From: Octopus sinensis
Lineage: Eukaryota
Assembly (NCBI RefSeq): GCF_006345805.1
Contig: NC_043015.1
Coordinates: forward strand, 36,518,001 to 36,582,000
Direction of reading: 5' to 3'
DNA length: 64,000 nucleotides
How positions within the stretch are numbered: the stretch's first letter is position 1; each line of letters opens with the position of its first letter. Below, piece by piece: positions 14,009 to 28,039 of the stretch. The translations under genes and the position numbers were made by a program. The notes beneath the pieces were generated by a model. That model was not told the origin of the DNA. It made no database searches and was given only the letters and a program-made list of their open reading frames with translations.

Positions 14009-15745
14009 TGGCAGACCTCAATAATGCCAAAAGTATTACTTTAAAAGAAAATGGAAGTTATTGATAATAACGTACAGACAAAACCGTCATAAAAATCAAA
14101 AATTATCGTCAAATATGGAAGCATCCAGTGAAGGGAGAAATGTTTCTATCTCTTTCTTTTCTTTTTGAAGTTTTTATATCTGCAAATTTTGCCGCTAGTA
14201 TTTTTAGAATAACTGTTTCTCATGAAACTAGTGCGGATCATTGCAATGGCGGTTATTAAAACTGATTGTATATCCATAACAGTCCATCTTTTAGCAGCAG
14301 CTCATTAATAATACTGCAAATTGACTGAAATATTATCTGATAGCTATCTTTTACTGTATTTCATTTTTATAAAAATTATTTTGGAAGCTTTATCACACGA
14401 CTTTGATTTTTCCTGAAATTAATAACGAAGGAAAAGGAAAACTCATTCTCTTTCTTTTTCTCTCTCTCTCTATATCTCTCTCCCCCCCTCTCTCTCTCTC
14501 TCTCTCTCTGCAGATAATACGTAATTTCATTCAGTTTTATCTAACAATTAATTACCATTTCATGATAAATTTCAAAAACGAAACTAAATTTAATTTATCC
14601 AACGCCTGTTCCTTCATCTATTTCCTAAATTTAGTTATATCACGATTTATATATTATCATCTCTTCACAAATTTAATATTTGAGAAATTAATGAAATCTG
14701 TTGAAGACTTCATTATAAGCTAGTTTGATATAGAAGCTCTAGAAAAGAGCGCAAGAATCAAACAAACACAAAATACAATACGGAAAAGAAAGATATTTAA
14801 AAAAAAATAAAAAATGTAATCTCGCAAAGGTTCTTTTTGATTTTCTGTGAGAAACAAACAAGATTTTGTTTAAAGTAAAGTTTTAGAACCGAAAATGTTT
14901 GTGGGTTGCAATCAAGAATAATTACAAGGTAGCAGTGTATTAATTACATCTTTCTAATGACAACCTATCTCTTCTCTCCGTTTCTCTCTCTTCCTCTCTC
15001 TCTCTTTCGTACACTCTCTTCATCTCTCTCTTCCTCTATCACACTCTCTCCTTCTGTTTCTTTGTTATTACACTTATTAATAAAGGTGTACTGGTATTGA
15101 TATTTCTTCATAAGAATGTACCTCTTTCTGCGTGAACGTGTGTAAGTGTTTAAGAGCATTCATGTGGCTCTTTATATACGTTTGTACACACACACACATA
15201 CGCATCTATACATACAGATAAATAAACATGTTTATGAAAAGATAGGATATACACAAATTTTTACTAAATCATCTCCGTGCGTTTCACCATCGATGTTATA
15301 TTAAGCACTGCTATATATGTTCTAAATACATATAAAGACTCAACTACAACTAACCCTTTAGAGACTCGTTAATGTATTTGTGTATCAGTATACATAAATG
15401 TGTTTGTTTGTGTGTGAATGTGTATGTGTGTAATATATGTTCGTTGCTCACGAAGTATTTTATCCCGATCCGATCACCACTCCTCAGAGATCTAAATCAG
15501 GTTTTACTTAAAGAACGGTTGAAAATTCCCTTTAAAATGTTCGTGACGTTTCAATTTATGAAAGACGTGATGAATGTAATCAGTGAAGCAACTCCTTCGA
15601 AATAATAATAAAATTTCCATTTAAGATGTTTACATTATTTTACCGTATCCCTCTGTGTATATATATATATGTGTGTATGTATGTATGTATGTATGTATGT
15701 ATGTATCTATATGTGCGTATGTGCGCGTGTATGTATGTATGCATG

Positions 15746-15829
<84 letters not shown>

Positions 15830-16854
15830 TATATACATATATATTTAGATGTATATATATATATACATGTATATGTATGCATGTATGTGTATATAATGCA
15901 TATTCTGATCATACTTACCATGCTTTTCCCCTCCCCACACACCACTTATGGAAGCCTTGTAATTATTAGGGTTGCTTCTCGCACTGCTTCGTATAAGCAT
16001 TAAAAATTATATCATAGAAATGAGCCAATTTTCTAGAAAGGTATCGCCATTATATCTAACCCCAAACTTACAGCAACACGTGCGATAAATCATTCACTTT
16101 TACGAAAGCGCAATATTATTCCTTCAGCGATTTTCACCTTTATTACAAATTAATTATATTCAGTGTTATTCTTTTTCCTTTTACCATATTGGATTTTTCC
16201 TTGGGTGTAATTTTGGTAAAGCAGGTGTTCTGTCGAAACAATAAATGCAAAAGGCACGTGTTCACTGATACGTGATACACAAATGTTAATTTCTTTCCCT
16301 CCATTCAATATTCCACATCGATTGCATAAATGATAACATAGAGAGAAATTATGTCTCTATTTTTATTGATCTCCAATGGTGTTATAATTTCATGATAGGT
16401 TTAGAATTTCGGAACGTTTCCCTAATATCGTATTTTTTCTTGTTATTAATCATTACACCAATTATTCGACAGAATTATGTAATCAAATATGACATGCAAT
16501 CATAGTGGGAAAATTTAATGAATTGCCGGAGAGATTTCTCCTAATGAAACTGGCTCCACGAATACGTGATAATTTTCCAGGGTCGCAAGTCACGCCAGTG
16601 GAACACTTTCAACGATGCAATCAAAAGACAAAATAAAAGACATCATGAACAAGCGTTAATCCACGTATCGGAATTTAAAGGAGCCTATGTCATTTATGCA
16701 GTGATCTCTTGATTTAAAAATTAAAACTCTACTCTATGATATGACATCTGGCACTCCCTCTGTTACGAAGACGAAGATTTAGTTGATCCGATTAACGGAA
16801 AAACCTGCATGCAGAAGTAAAGTGCCAGGGGCTCGGTACGGAGTCGCGTACCTG

Positions 16855-16972
16855 TTTCTTTGCTACCCCCAAGGGGCTAAACACAGAGAGGACAAACAAG
16901 GACAGAAAAACGTATTAAGTCGATTATATCGACCCCAGTGCGTAACTGGTACTTAATTTATCGACCCAGGTT
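16855..16972 (-). mobile_element. Family A SINE fragment
   Basis: tcgaccccagtgcgtaactggtacttaatttatcgacc is shared with the 20520-20752 and 62440-62560 copies. Confidence 0.75.
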
Positions 16973-18557
16973 GATATATATATTTGCATGTAAATATTTA
17001 TATATATGCGTGTATACATATATATATATATGTTTATATATATATATGTGGGTGTGGGTGTGTATGTGTGTGTGTGTGGTGTTTGTGTGTGTGTCTATGT
17101 ATGTATGTATATAGTTTTACACACACACGGGGAAAAAAGTAGCTGTGCAGATCTGAGCGTGTTTTTGTTTTTGTAATCTGTTAATCGGGAGGAGTCTTCG
17201 AATTTAGAAGTGGAAGCTTCTAAACTTTCCATTGTTTTACAATATTCCAACTCTTTATGACATTATGAGAATCTGATTTCCGATCCATAATGGGGTGATC
17301 AGAAACTGAATCGGCTTTCGATTTCATATCTTGTCATAAACCGGAACATTGGGTTCTTTTATGAAGCGAATCATAATAATCAAAATCCCAAACTCTGTAA
17401 ATCAGAAGCGAAGAGGATATACGACTTGTCTCATTGTTACTTTTAATCTCTGCTTATTCCCAACTCCCCACTAACCGAACAGCTATATTATGAGACTTCG
17501 CAGCGACCATTTTGCAAGCTGACGCTAAATATGAACCCGTTATACAATGGGTATTTCCTTTCTTTCTGACCCCAAAAGATTTGATTTGATGCGGAATTTG
17601 TAGCTATTTTGTCCGAGTTGATTCCTTCAGGTAGAAACCGCCTCGTTGATCTGTTTCATTCATAGTAGCATTTAAATTGTTGCTACACAAATTTATAAAT
17701 GTTTCATCGATGAGTTCACTGCTTGACTTTGACCAGTAAAAAGTCGACGAACAACCACAGCATTACAAGGCTTTCCTATACAAAACCGTGTTTTGATGAT
17801 ACCCAGTAACTTATTATGGTGACAATGCTAACCAAATACTTCACTTGTTTAGAGCAAAATATTATTCTAAAGTCACAAAATAACTGATAGTACTGTAAAC
17901 AAGACTGGCCGATCGAAATTTGATTAACTTGGTAATGGAAATTATTTTATGTGACTTTTGCTTTGGTTTTCGGTTTTTAACAAAGAATTTATCATCTGAC
18001 AGATTTCTGTGTGTTTATTTTTTATTGCCAATCAACAACGACGCAGTGTTACAAAATTAGCCACTCAAATATATCACGTCAAAGCAAAATTTACATTGTT
18101 AAACATTCTCCTCCAATTTACAAAGAGTCGCACGTTATTATTAACTTTACAGAAGCTAATAAAGAAAACCTGATATTCTTTTATCGAAAAATGTGGCGTT
18201 AGCCGATTAGTTCATTTACACTGGTGCCTCTGTGTGTGCCTATGCCAGCCAGTGTGCCTGTGTCTGTCTTTGTGCGTGCGTGTGTGTGTGTAGAACTCCC
18301 TCTTATCATAAACTTTGGTTGTATCGTGTTAATTCTAGCATTGTAGAACACATTTTGCCATTATGCTATGTGAGCCAGCACAACTGTATGTTTGAGGAAT
18401 ACTAAAATATTTGATGGAAAGAATGTCATTGCAGTGTTATAGAAACATTGTACGAAATCGACCCAAACTGATCCGTTGCATCAAAGTGTGTTTATTGCTC
18501 ATGTAACACGCGCAACAATAAACAGCCGTCGTCAAAAAACATACTCGTTCAACAGCG

Positions 18558-18606
18558 GTTGCCATAGAAACGTGTATACCCAGCGCAACAAGTTGCCATT
18601 AGAAAC
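18558..18606. promoter_or_regulatory. Two RFX X-box-like motifs
   Basis: GTTGCCATAGAAAC (18558-18571) and GTTGCCATTAGAAAC (18592-18606) in non-repetitive sequence. Confidence 0.3.
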
Positions 18607-19190
18607 GCACGCGCAGGAATACCTAAAGCCAAAGTTATTACATCAAACGTACAAATTTAATATAGACGAGGTCTTACAAATATAGAACAGTTCGACGAGT
18701 AAGACCTGATTAGAATGACTTCCCGTTTGATAGCCGTCGGCATGGATACGTGATTAAGAAGTTGTCTTTACAAGCAACCGCGAGCATGGAACAGAGGACT
18801 TTGTCTTCTACCTTTGGCTCATTTCTTAAACGGTTCTTGTTCATTACTGGTTGAGGTAAACGTCTCAGCACTTCACCACATAAGGACAAGTAAGCCGTAA
18901 TGAGAATATGCCATTTTCAATGAAGTCATAGACGGCTTCATTATTGTAATTTACGCTGGTCTTCTTTCTGATTAAGTCATTAAACCCATGTAATTTACTA
19001 AAATAACGCTGCAACTGACATATTGTATATCGGTTTCCTCGTATCAGAACACACACGCACACGCAGACACACCCACACATACACACATACACACTCACAC
19101 ATACACACATACACGCATACGCATGCACACACACCCTTACACACAAACATATATATATATATATGCATGTGTATAGATATAAGTATGTAT

Positions 19191-19221
<31 letters not shown>

Positions 19222-19223
19222 GC

Positions 19224-19265
<42 letters not shown>

Positions 19266-19344
19266 ATATAGTAATAGCGTGTATAGTTATATTTTTTATT
19301 ATATAGACAGCGGTGTGGAGTGCTGAGGTAGACAACCCGAGAGG

Positions 19345-19402
<58 letters not shown>

Positions 19403-20339
19403 AAGTTATATTTAAAAGGAGAATTCAGATAGTTTCAACAATTTAGAATAATAATACAACATATACTCAGCTATAAAACCGGCGTATACAAATTATTAAA
19501 TACATTTAATGTATCACTCTTTAAAATACTAAAATATCTAAAATTTACAGTTACATGAATATATGAAAGTTTAATATACAAATATGGGTAGAAAAACTAT
19601 ACCGATGTATAAAAATATATCAGCATCTTGAAAGATATATATTGAAAACATCGTCTTGCAGATTAAGAGCATTTTAAAAGAGAATTATAATATATATTAT
19701 AAGATAAAAGTGTAAATCTTCGCCTAAAGGTGAATCAAGAAATATTTAAGCATCCAGATGGAAGGTAAAGTTTCCAGTGATTAGAGGGTAGTACATCAAT
19801 TTCAAGAATTAAGTGGTGATAATCCGACGGTCGTTTCAAGGATAAGTAATCCATACAGATAAGGATATTCCTATACGAGAATTTATTAGCTAAGCGAGAA
19901 TTTATTAGCTAAGGATTCATATCTCATATACTGTCATAATAAGTCAAAGGGTGTTTGGTTCAATAATGACGTATATGTGTTAGCAGGAAGAGGAAATATT
20001 ATAGAAAGAATTGTGGGACGTGAATTTAGAAAATATTGTAGATTATAAGCAAGTAATTATTTATTAAGAGAAATGTGAGGGGATTTCAAGTATAAATGAA
20101 AGGTAGCATGTAGCTAATTATAGAGTTTAATGATCAGTCTATCCAGATTGATCAAAATGCTTAAATCTTAAACAGTATCTATGGCTACCAAGGTACATAG
20201 CATCGGAGAACTTATTCAATAATATTGAGTTATATCGACGGAGAATTTTCACATATTCTTTAATACATAGTTTTTGCATACACGCGTAATTGTATTATAC
20301 GGAGGGGCTTCTGCTATTATAAACCAAGCCAATAAGTAT

Positions 20340-20752
20340 TCTTTTCTACTATAGACATAAGGCAGGAAATTTGGGGAAAGGGGACCTGTATCTTAGATCG
20401 ACTGCAGTGTTTAACTGATACTTAATGTATTGACCCCAAAAGGATGAAAGGCAAAGGATGAAAGACAAATTCGAGCTCGCCGGAATTTGAACTCAGAAAT
20501 TAAAGACAGACGATATACTTATTTCTTTACTACCCACAAGTGACTAAACACAGAGGAGACAAACAAGGACAGACAGATGGATTAAGTCGATTATATCGAC
20601 CCCAGTGCGTAAATGGTACTTAATTTATCGACCCCGAAAAGATGAAAGGCAAAGTCGACATCGACGAAATTTGAACTCAGAACGTAACGGCAGACGAAAT
20701 ACCGCTAAACATTTCGCCTGGCGTGCTAACGTTTCTGCTAGTTTACCGCCTT
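20340..20752 (-). mobile_element. Two adjacent family A SINE copies inside the PLE composite
   Basis: ggatgaaaggcaaag...gaatttgaactcaga occurs twice; the second copy ends in a tRNA-like head (gctaacgtttctgctagtttaccgcc). Confidence 0.8.
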
Positions 20753-20833
20753 TAAGCGAATAAGTATTCTATATTCTTTAGCTTAAGTTAATCAATATAT
20801 CTGACTAGTGTTTTTGTGAATTTATATTTTAAG

Positions 20834-21211
20834 TTAGTAAAAATAATTCAAATGAGCCCTATAGTGACTGTCACAATCAATATTACTTCCTATGTAAATC
20901 CTTACCTTATGTGAGGCAAGTAAATTTACACAGCACTTATAAACTACATTTCTGCACAGGCACGATGCAACAAGTGGGCATGAGTCCGAGATGCGACAGT
21001 TACATGTTTTTCTTCTTGATTCAGCATTACTCTTCCGTTTAACTTTGGTCAGAGCACATTCAACTGAGAATAAAGAAATGTTTAAGCATGCAAATGGAAG
21101 CTTAAGTATTTCTTGATTCACCTTTTCGCGTGGATTTACACTTTTATTTGTTAATAGTTTTATATCTTTTTCAAAAATGCTCTTATTCTGCAAGTAAGAC
21201 GATGTTTTCAA
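20834..21211 (-). pseudogene. Penelope-like GIY-YIG endonuclease remnant
   Basis: KTCNCRISDSCPLVASCLCRNVVYKC...IYIG...HYRAH matches the PLE pattern CNCR..CPL..CL..NVVYK...YIG..RY..H. Confidence 0.8.
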
Positions 21212-21552
21212 TATATATCTTTCAAGATGCTAATATATTATTATACATCGGTATAGTTTTGCTACCTATGTTTGTCTATTAAACTTTCATATATTCATGT
21301 GACTGTAAATTTTTAATATTTTAAAAATATTTTAAAGAGCGATACATTAAATATATTTAATGATTTGTATACACCTGTTTTATAGCTGAGTATATATTGT
21401 ATTATTATTCTAAATTGTTAAAACTACCCGAATTCTCCTTTTAAATATAACACACATATATATATATATATATATATACATACGTACATACATACACACT
21501 TACACACTCACACGTACACTCACGCACGCACGCGCACGCAATTATACATTTA

Positions 21553-21751
21553 TCTTTTATATTTGTTTCAGTCATTAGACTGCGGCCATGCTGGGGCACC
21601 ACCTTGAAATTTTAGCCGAATGAATCAACACCAGTACTTATTTTTCTAGCCTGCTACTTCTTCTATCTGCCTCTTTTGCTGAACTGCTAAGTTACGGGAT
21701 CGTAAACACACCAACACCAGTTGTCAAGTAATAATGGGGGTATACACATAC

Positions 21752-21757
<6 letters not shown>
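21553..21757 (-). mobile_element. 3' half of family B SINE
   Basis: ttgtttcagtcattagactgcggccatgctggggcacc...gttgtcaag; the 5' half is at 23578-23722. Confidence 0.8.
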
Positions 21758-21837
<80 letters not shown>

Positions 21838-21861
21838 TATTACATATGTATATATATATAT

Positions 21862-22863
21862 GAATTTAAAATACTACTAAATGGAATTAATGAAAACATT
21901 CGATTTACGATAGAACATAACCGAGAAAAACTACCATTTCTAGACATCCTCATTAAGAAATTCTGCAACAAAATAGAGACGGATATCTATTATAACCCGA
22001 CAGATTGAAAGCGGTACCTGCCATTTGACTCATGTCATCCAAGACACTCAAGAATGAATATCCCTTTCTGTTTAGCCAGAAGGATTTGCAAAATAGTATT
22101 AGACACAAGCGTCCGACATGCACGTCTCCAGGAACTCAGAACTACACTCATAAATAGGAATTATGCACAACCCCTATTAGACAATACAATCCAACGACCA
22201 CTTAAATTAAATCTAGAAGATCTGAGACAACCAAAACCAAAAAGGAAGAAAAATTAAAAGCCCTACCCTACATCTCCACACACAACCCACTTAAGAATGA
22301 GGCCTTCAACACAGCCCTTCTCAAGGGAGACCCAAAGTGGGACTAAATCCTCCAAACGTGCATCATCATAAAAAGTAAACGGCAACCAAAATCCTTAAAG
22401 AAGATTTTAACCCAGGCTAAACTCCACCCAATAACAACCACAAAGTCAACAGTTAAAATATATGGAAAGCTCAACTGCGGGATCTGTGCCATCTTAGTAG
22501 AAGTTTCGGAATATACATTAGAACAAGGCCATCATTTTACCATCAGAACAAACTTCACCTGTGCATCGGGAAACTTAATTTACGTGATAACATGCGCAGG
22601 ATACAATAGGCAATATATTGGCCATACGAAAAACAGCCGACGGAAAAGGATCGCAGTACATAATTCCCAAATTAGGAATCATGAATACAGGAAAATGCCT
22701 GTCAGCGGCCACATAGATGTGCACCAAATAAAAATCCAAAATTCACAACTTCGCCACTTTACCAATTCGATAACAACGTAACTTTCACTCAACGTCATAA
22801 CAAAGAACTCCATTGAATTAAAAAATTCCGACCAAGTTTAAACACCCTGGGCCAGGAACATTA
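21862..22863 (+). pseudogene. 5'-truncated Penelope-like retroelement ORF (RT C-terminal part plus GIY-YIG)
   Basis: FTIEHNREKLPFLDILI, DIYYNPTD*KRYLPFDSCHP, NIPFCLARRIC, NLIYVITCAGYNRQYIGHT; stops and frameshifts present; the 3' region runs to about 23500. Confidence 0.92.
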
Positions 22864-23005
22864 AAACCATATATTGTTTATCCAGAAAGAAAAAAGGAAT
22901 TCTACAACTCCAACTACCAGTACCATTACCACCACGATCACTACTACTACTGCAAACAACGGTCTCTGTTACTGCTGCTATTACAGCCAACGGTCACTTC
23001 CACTT

Positions 23006-23050
<45 letters not shown>

Positions 23051-23511
23051 TAGCCAATGAACTACTGCTACAAATCGAACCACCACGGTCACAATATTAC
23101 TACGACCAACGATGCTGCTATTACAGCCAACAGTCAGTTCCACTGCTGCTGCTACTACTACTCCCACTACTACTATAACCAATGAACTGCTGCTACAACT
23201 TCAACCACCACCACCACCACCACCACCACAGTCACTACTACTAACGGATTACAGCCAACGATTCTAGCCAACGCACAAGACAGCCACTATGCCCCCCCAC
23301 ACACACACACACAAACCACCACCACGTGGACTCTGTCGAGATTAGTAAGAAACATTTATGAACTTTTTTTTATTACACTTAACTTTTGAAAATACTTTTG
23401 ATAAGGTTCGTTTTTCAAGAAGATCCGAAACAGAAAATTAAAATTTATCTTATATAGTGGCGTTTTCAAACTTCCTTTTTATAAATATATACCCATTCGT
23501 ATGCCACGTAC

Positions 23512-23555
<44 letters not shown>

Positions 23556-23577
23556 TACACATACATACATATATATA

Positions 23578-23722
23578 CGACGGACTTCTTTCAGTTTCCG
23601 TGTACCAAATTCTCCATAGGCCTTAGTAGAAGATACGTGCCTAAGGTGCCTCGCAGTGGAACCTAACCCAGAACCATGTGCTTGGGAAGGAAGCGTCTTA
23701 CCCCACAGACACGTTTGCGTCT
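23578..23722 (-). mobile_element. 5' half of family B SINE
   Basis: gacggacttctttcagtttccg...gtagaagatac...ggtgcctcgcagtggaac...cttgggaag. Confidence 0.8.
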
Positions 23723-24454
23723 ATGTGTTATATTATTTATACACTTCTCGATGTATTTTTAAAATGTGAGTTTAAAACTTAGATGTGTAGATTTCTACTT
23801 ATTCAATGGATGCGAGCCTTGTATTCCCTTACTAAATTGGTAAGCAAACACCGTCTTTGTCTATAAGACCAGATGCAACAGTTCCACGGGTTATGAAACG
23901 TTCAATTAATGCAAAACATTATTATATGATGGATGAAACTTGAATCGTTGCTATTAAATATTTAATTCAAATATGATTGACAAATGCAAGGAGGCTTTCA
24001 TAAAACAAGACGCATCAATCTGAAATATAACCCTTCTTAACAACAAGCAAATCAATAATGTGATCACATTTTGAAACACAAAATTCTAATAAAACAATGA
24101 GTAATGCTTGTGCATGAGGTGTAATTTTAGTAAGAAGCGCCGGCTAATGATATAATTATTTTAAGTAAAATCATAACCAAACAATTGCAATGTAATGAGC
24201 GTACAACACATTACAATATCGCGTGATCTGCTGGAAAGAGCAACCAAAATATCTCTCAGACGAAACCCGCCACTTGGGGATAACTGATTTGAGTTTTCCA
24301 GAGTCTGGATTAAACGGAAAATTTTCACATATTCTTAGGGAATAATGTATTTGTCTGGATGATACGATGCGCGGTACCTTTACTCTGGTGCAACTCACCA
24401 TCTTAAAAATAAACTCATCGTATGTTGAGATCCGTAAATAAGATGATAGAAGTC

Positions 24455-24590
24455 TATATGTTCGTCCGAATTCGCCTTTCATAATTTCGAGGACGATAAA
24501 ATAAATACCAGTCCTGTACTGTGGTCGATGTAATCGATTTACACCTCTCCCTGAACTTGCTGGCCTTGTGCAAAAATTTGAAACCAGTGA
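24455..24590 (+). mobile_element. Family A SINE 3' fragment
   Basis: ttcgcctttcat...gtcgatgtaatcgat...gctggccttgtgcaaaaatttgaaacc. Confidence 0.7.
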
Positions 24591-25294
24591 CAGGAAATAA
24601 ATTACTTGAGTAATGTGTAAAATATGATGTAACATAAAAATTAAAAAATTATCTATTAATTTAGAATATATAACAAAGAATAAATGAAAAGTTGAATGAA
24701 TAAAAACTGTAAAAAAGAAAATTATTTATTTTCATCAAAGATAATATCTCCTGCTGCTGCTGCTGCTGCTGGTGTTTTTGTTTACTTGAAGGTTATTATA
24801 TATACTTCTAAACAAAAGTATTTCATATATAAATAATTTATGATAATATTTGGCTAGTGTCTTCTTATTCGGGGACAGAATGTGATTTAGAAATGATTTG
24901 GGTCTTAATTTCAATAATGTCTACGGTAATTCAAGAGGGCGCTCTTACGAAAAACGATTCATCGATGTTGATGTGATATTACTGCCTCTGGTAAATTACG
25001 TCACAATATCACTTCCCGTTACACCAGAAGTCTCAGCTGGCAAAGATGAGATGTGCCTGTAATTCAGTTTTGTCACATTCGATGTCATGATGAATCTCCC
25101 TGAGAAATATGTGAAGGGTCCGTGCGTCTATGAAGTGCTCAACCCCGTGTACGTTAATCTCACGAGCCGGCTGTTCCGTCGATCGGATTAACTGGAACAA
25201 TTGTTGTCGTAATCGACAACAGCCAGTTATGCTTATTCTACCAACATTCTACCAATTTTTCCAACGGGAATGTAATTCGATTCAATCTGATATA

Positions 25295-25500
25295 TTCTTT
25301 TACTTGTTTCAGCTAGTTGACTGCGGCCATGCTGGAGGATCACCTTTAGTCGAACAAATCGACCCCAGAACTTATACTTTGTAAGCCTAGTAGTTATTCT
25401 ATCGGTCTCTATTGCCGAACCGGTAAATTACGGGGACGTAAATACACCAATATCGGCTGTCAATTGATTGTAGGGAAGGGGACAAACACAAACACATAAA
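25295..25500 (-). mobile_element. Family B SINE 3' half
   Basis: cttgtttcagctagttgactgcggccatgctgga...tcgaccccagaacttat...ggggacgtaaatacacc. Confidence 0.8.
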
Positions 25501-25583
25501 TACATACATATACAGATACGTAGAGTATACAGACATATACATATATACGGCTGATTAATCTTGATACATACATACATACATGC

Positions 25584-25621
<38 letters not shown>

Positions 25622-26115
25622 CTTGAAATCCAATGAGTCATTTACATGGAATAGTCACGATTGTAGAGACAATAAGTATTTTATTTTCCCATCACACATC
25701 CCTGAAAATATAGGCCGTTTCTGCCAATTCATCACAACTGTCATGAATGCATTTTCTCAAATCTGAATAGAACGTACACTAGCTTCTATATAAATACAAA
25801 TTCTATTCAAAAGGAAAAAAATAGCAAGGAAACATTCTGTTAATTAGAAAGTGTTTTTGTTTTTAAACACAATTAACATCGGGATGATTTGTAAATTTAT
25901 CTTCCCTTTGAGAGGATTTTCTTATTTCTTTATCTTCTTTTTTTCTGTTCAATCGTGTGTTCAGTGTTCAGAACAATTATTTAGAGAAACAGTCCGCCAT
26001 TTTAATCTCCTAAATTCTACGCCACTTTTTATTCACTATTCTCCTCTCTAATCAGATACACAGACATGTAAACCTAAAGTAGGTAACTTGGTAAAACACA
26101 AGCAATCATACACAG

Positions 26116-26835
26116 CTCTCTCTCTCTCTCTCTCCATTTCTCTCTCTCTCTCAATTTCTCTCTCTCTCTCCATTTCTCTCTCTCTCTCAATTTCTCTCTC
26201 TCTCTCCATTTCTCTCTCTCTCAATTTCTCTCACTCTCTCAATTTCTCTCACTCTCTCCATTTCTCTCACTCTCTCAATTTCTCTCACTCTCTCCATTTC
26301 TCTCTCTCTCTCTCCATTTCTCTCTCTCTCTCCATTTCTCTCTCTCTCCATTTCTCTCTCTCTCAATTTCTCTCTCTCTCTCAATTTCTCTCTCTCTCTC
26401 AATTTCTCTCACTCTCTCCATTTCTCTCTCTCTCTCCATTTCTCTCTCTCTCTCCATTTCTCTCCCTCTCTCCATTTCTCTCCCTCTCTCCATTTCTCTC
26501 TCTCTCTCAATTTCTCTCTCTCTCTCAATTTCTCTCTCTCTCTCCATTTCTCTCTCTCTCTCCATTTCTCTCTCTCTCTCCATTTCTCTCTCTCTCTCCA
26601 TTTCTCTCTCTCTCTCCATTTCTCTCTCTCTCCATTTCTCTCACTCTCTCCATTTCTCTCTCTCTCTCCATTTCTCTCTCTCTCTCCATCTCTCTCTCTC
26701 TCCATTTCTCTCTCTCTCTCCATTTCTCTCTCTCTTTCCATTTCTCTCTCTCTCTCATTTCTCTCTCTCTCTCTCAATTTCTCTCTCTCTCTCAATTTCT
26801 CTCTCTCTCTCTCAATTTCTCTCTCTCTCTCTCTC
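26116..26835. repeat. Compound minisatellite of (CT)4-7 plus CATTT/AATTT units
   Basis: About 720 bp of 12-18-bp units; one strand is almost all pyrimidine. Confidence 0.95.
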
Positions 26836-27043
26836 CCACACTACCTCTGTATGTATACATGTACGTATGTAGCACCTTCTCTCTCTCTCTCTCTCTCTCT
26901 CTTGCCCCTTCTCTATCATCTATACATTTCTAACCTTTAACCTGTCTCTCTTGCGTGTCCGCGTTTCTCTCTCTTTTCATATATGCTCGCGCACATGTGT
27001 ATGTACATATGTATATATCTAAACACACACAACACACACACAA

Positions 27044-27077
<34 letters not shown>

Positions 27078-27924
27078 GCACACACATACACACACACAAC
27101 ACACATACACACATACACGCGCACACACAGACATACCGGACGTGACATGGTGATCAACCGAATAGAATCCAAATGGTGACATAGGAACACAATACATATT
27201 AAGTTTATGGAAAGTGCGACGTCAACAAAGAGTAGAACAATAGATTCGTTTATGGCTGTTGTTGTAGCTAACGATGCCCATGTTTTTGTTGTTGCTGTTC
27301 TTCATGACGTTGAGAAAATGTCAGAAGCAAAACAATTACAGAACTGCATGATTAGCCGTTTTTAGTGCGTTTGAAAATCATGAGTGATTACAGGACAGTT
27401 TTTGTTTCTTACAGTTGAGTCATTCACTCACAGATACGGAGACATACGCACACACCGTCACACAGAGGAACACTCACGTATAAACGCACATGCACGCACA
27501 AACACGCATACAAAATGTGGTCACCCGCAAAAATATGTAAACACATACAATTGTACAAATATAGCTCTATGGTTATGCATACTGGTTGACATTCACATAG
27601 CATTATCTGATCTTCATGTATATGCAGCGAATCGAGCAAACCCGCAGTGACTCGTCATCTGTTTCCATGTGTGTCCAGAAAGAGTTGCTTAAACAAGAAG
27701 CTCATTGGCTACGACGTGGCGTTAAGTCCAGTCCTAGTCAGCAGCACCTTGCTATAGCCACTGGTCGACGAATGCCTCGTTGGGGAAATTCGTAGATAAA
27801 ATGGGAATACTTCACATATATACATATGTGTGTGTGTGTGTATGTAAGTATGTGTGTGTGTATTCTTCGTTTTGGGATTTGGTTTGCAAGATTCCTTATG
27901 TGAGTTCGTGTGTTGAAGCATATT

Positions 27925-28010
27925 TTGTTGTGTCTGAGGAGAGTCATTCTCTTTTAGTGCCTTATTATGTAACACACTCCCCGGTAAAGTTTCCACTCAT
28001 TTACTTCTTA
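27925..28010 (+). repeat. Interspersed repeat, second copy inverted at about 62605-62700
   Basis: gtgtctgaggagagtcattctc...tatgtaacacactccccggtaaagtttccac has a close reverse-complement match at 62.6 kb. Confidence 0.75.
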
Positions 28011-28039
28011 CTAGGGGTGATTTGTAGCAATCCAGCTAA

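Larger units (their letters stand above)
19405..21451. mobile_element. Penelope-like composite with ~350-bp inverted arms, flanked by (TA)n
   Basis: 19405-19751 is the reverse complement of 21100-21451 with scattered substitutions; the right arm runs into a GIY-YIG remnant. Confidence 0.8.

Noticed and set aside
23395-23435. Hammerhead at the PLE 3' end (ttgataag...ccgaaac)
   Set aside because: The core is too degenerate and there is no stem I or III; at most a fossil
26088-26933. 281-aa Ser/Leu ORF and antisense MEREREK ORFs
   Set aside because: Translations of the CT minisatellite, open in several frames
27932-27955. Hammerhead at CTGAGGA-gag...ctc
   Set aside because: The hairpin is followed by TTTT, not GAAA
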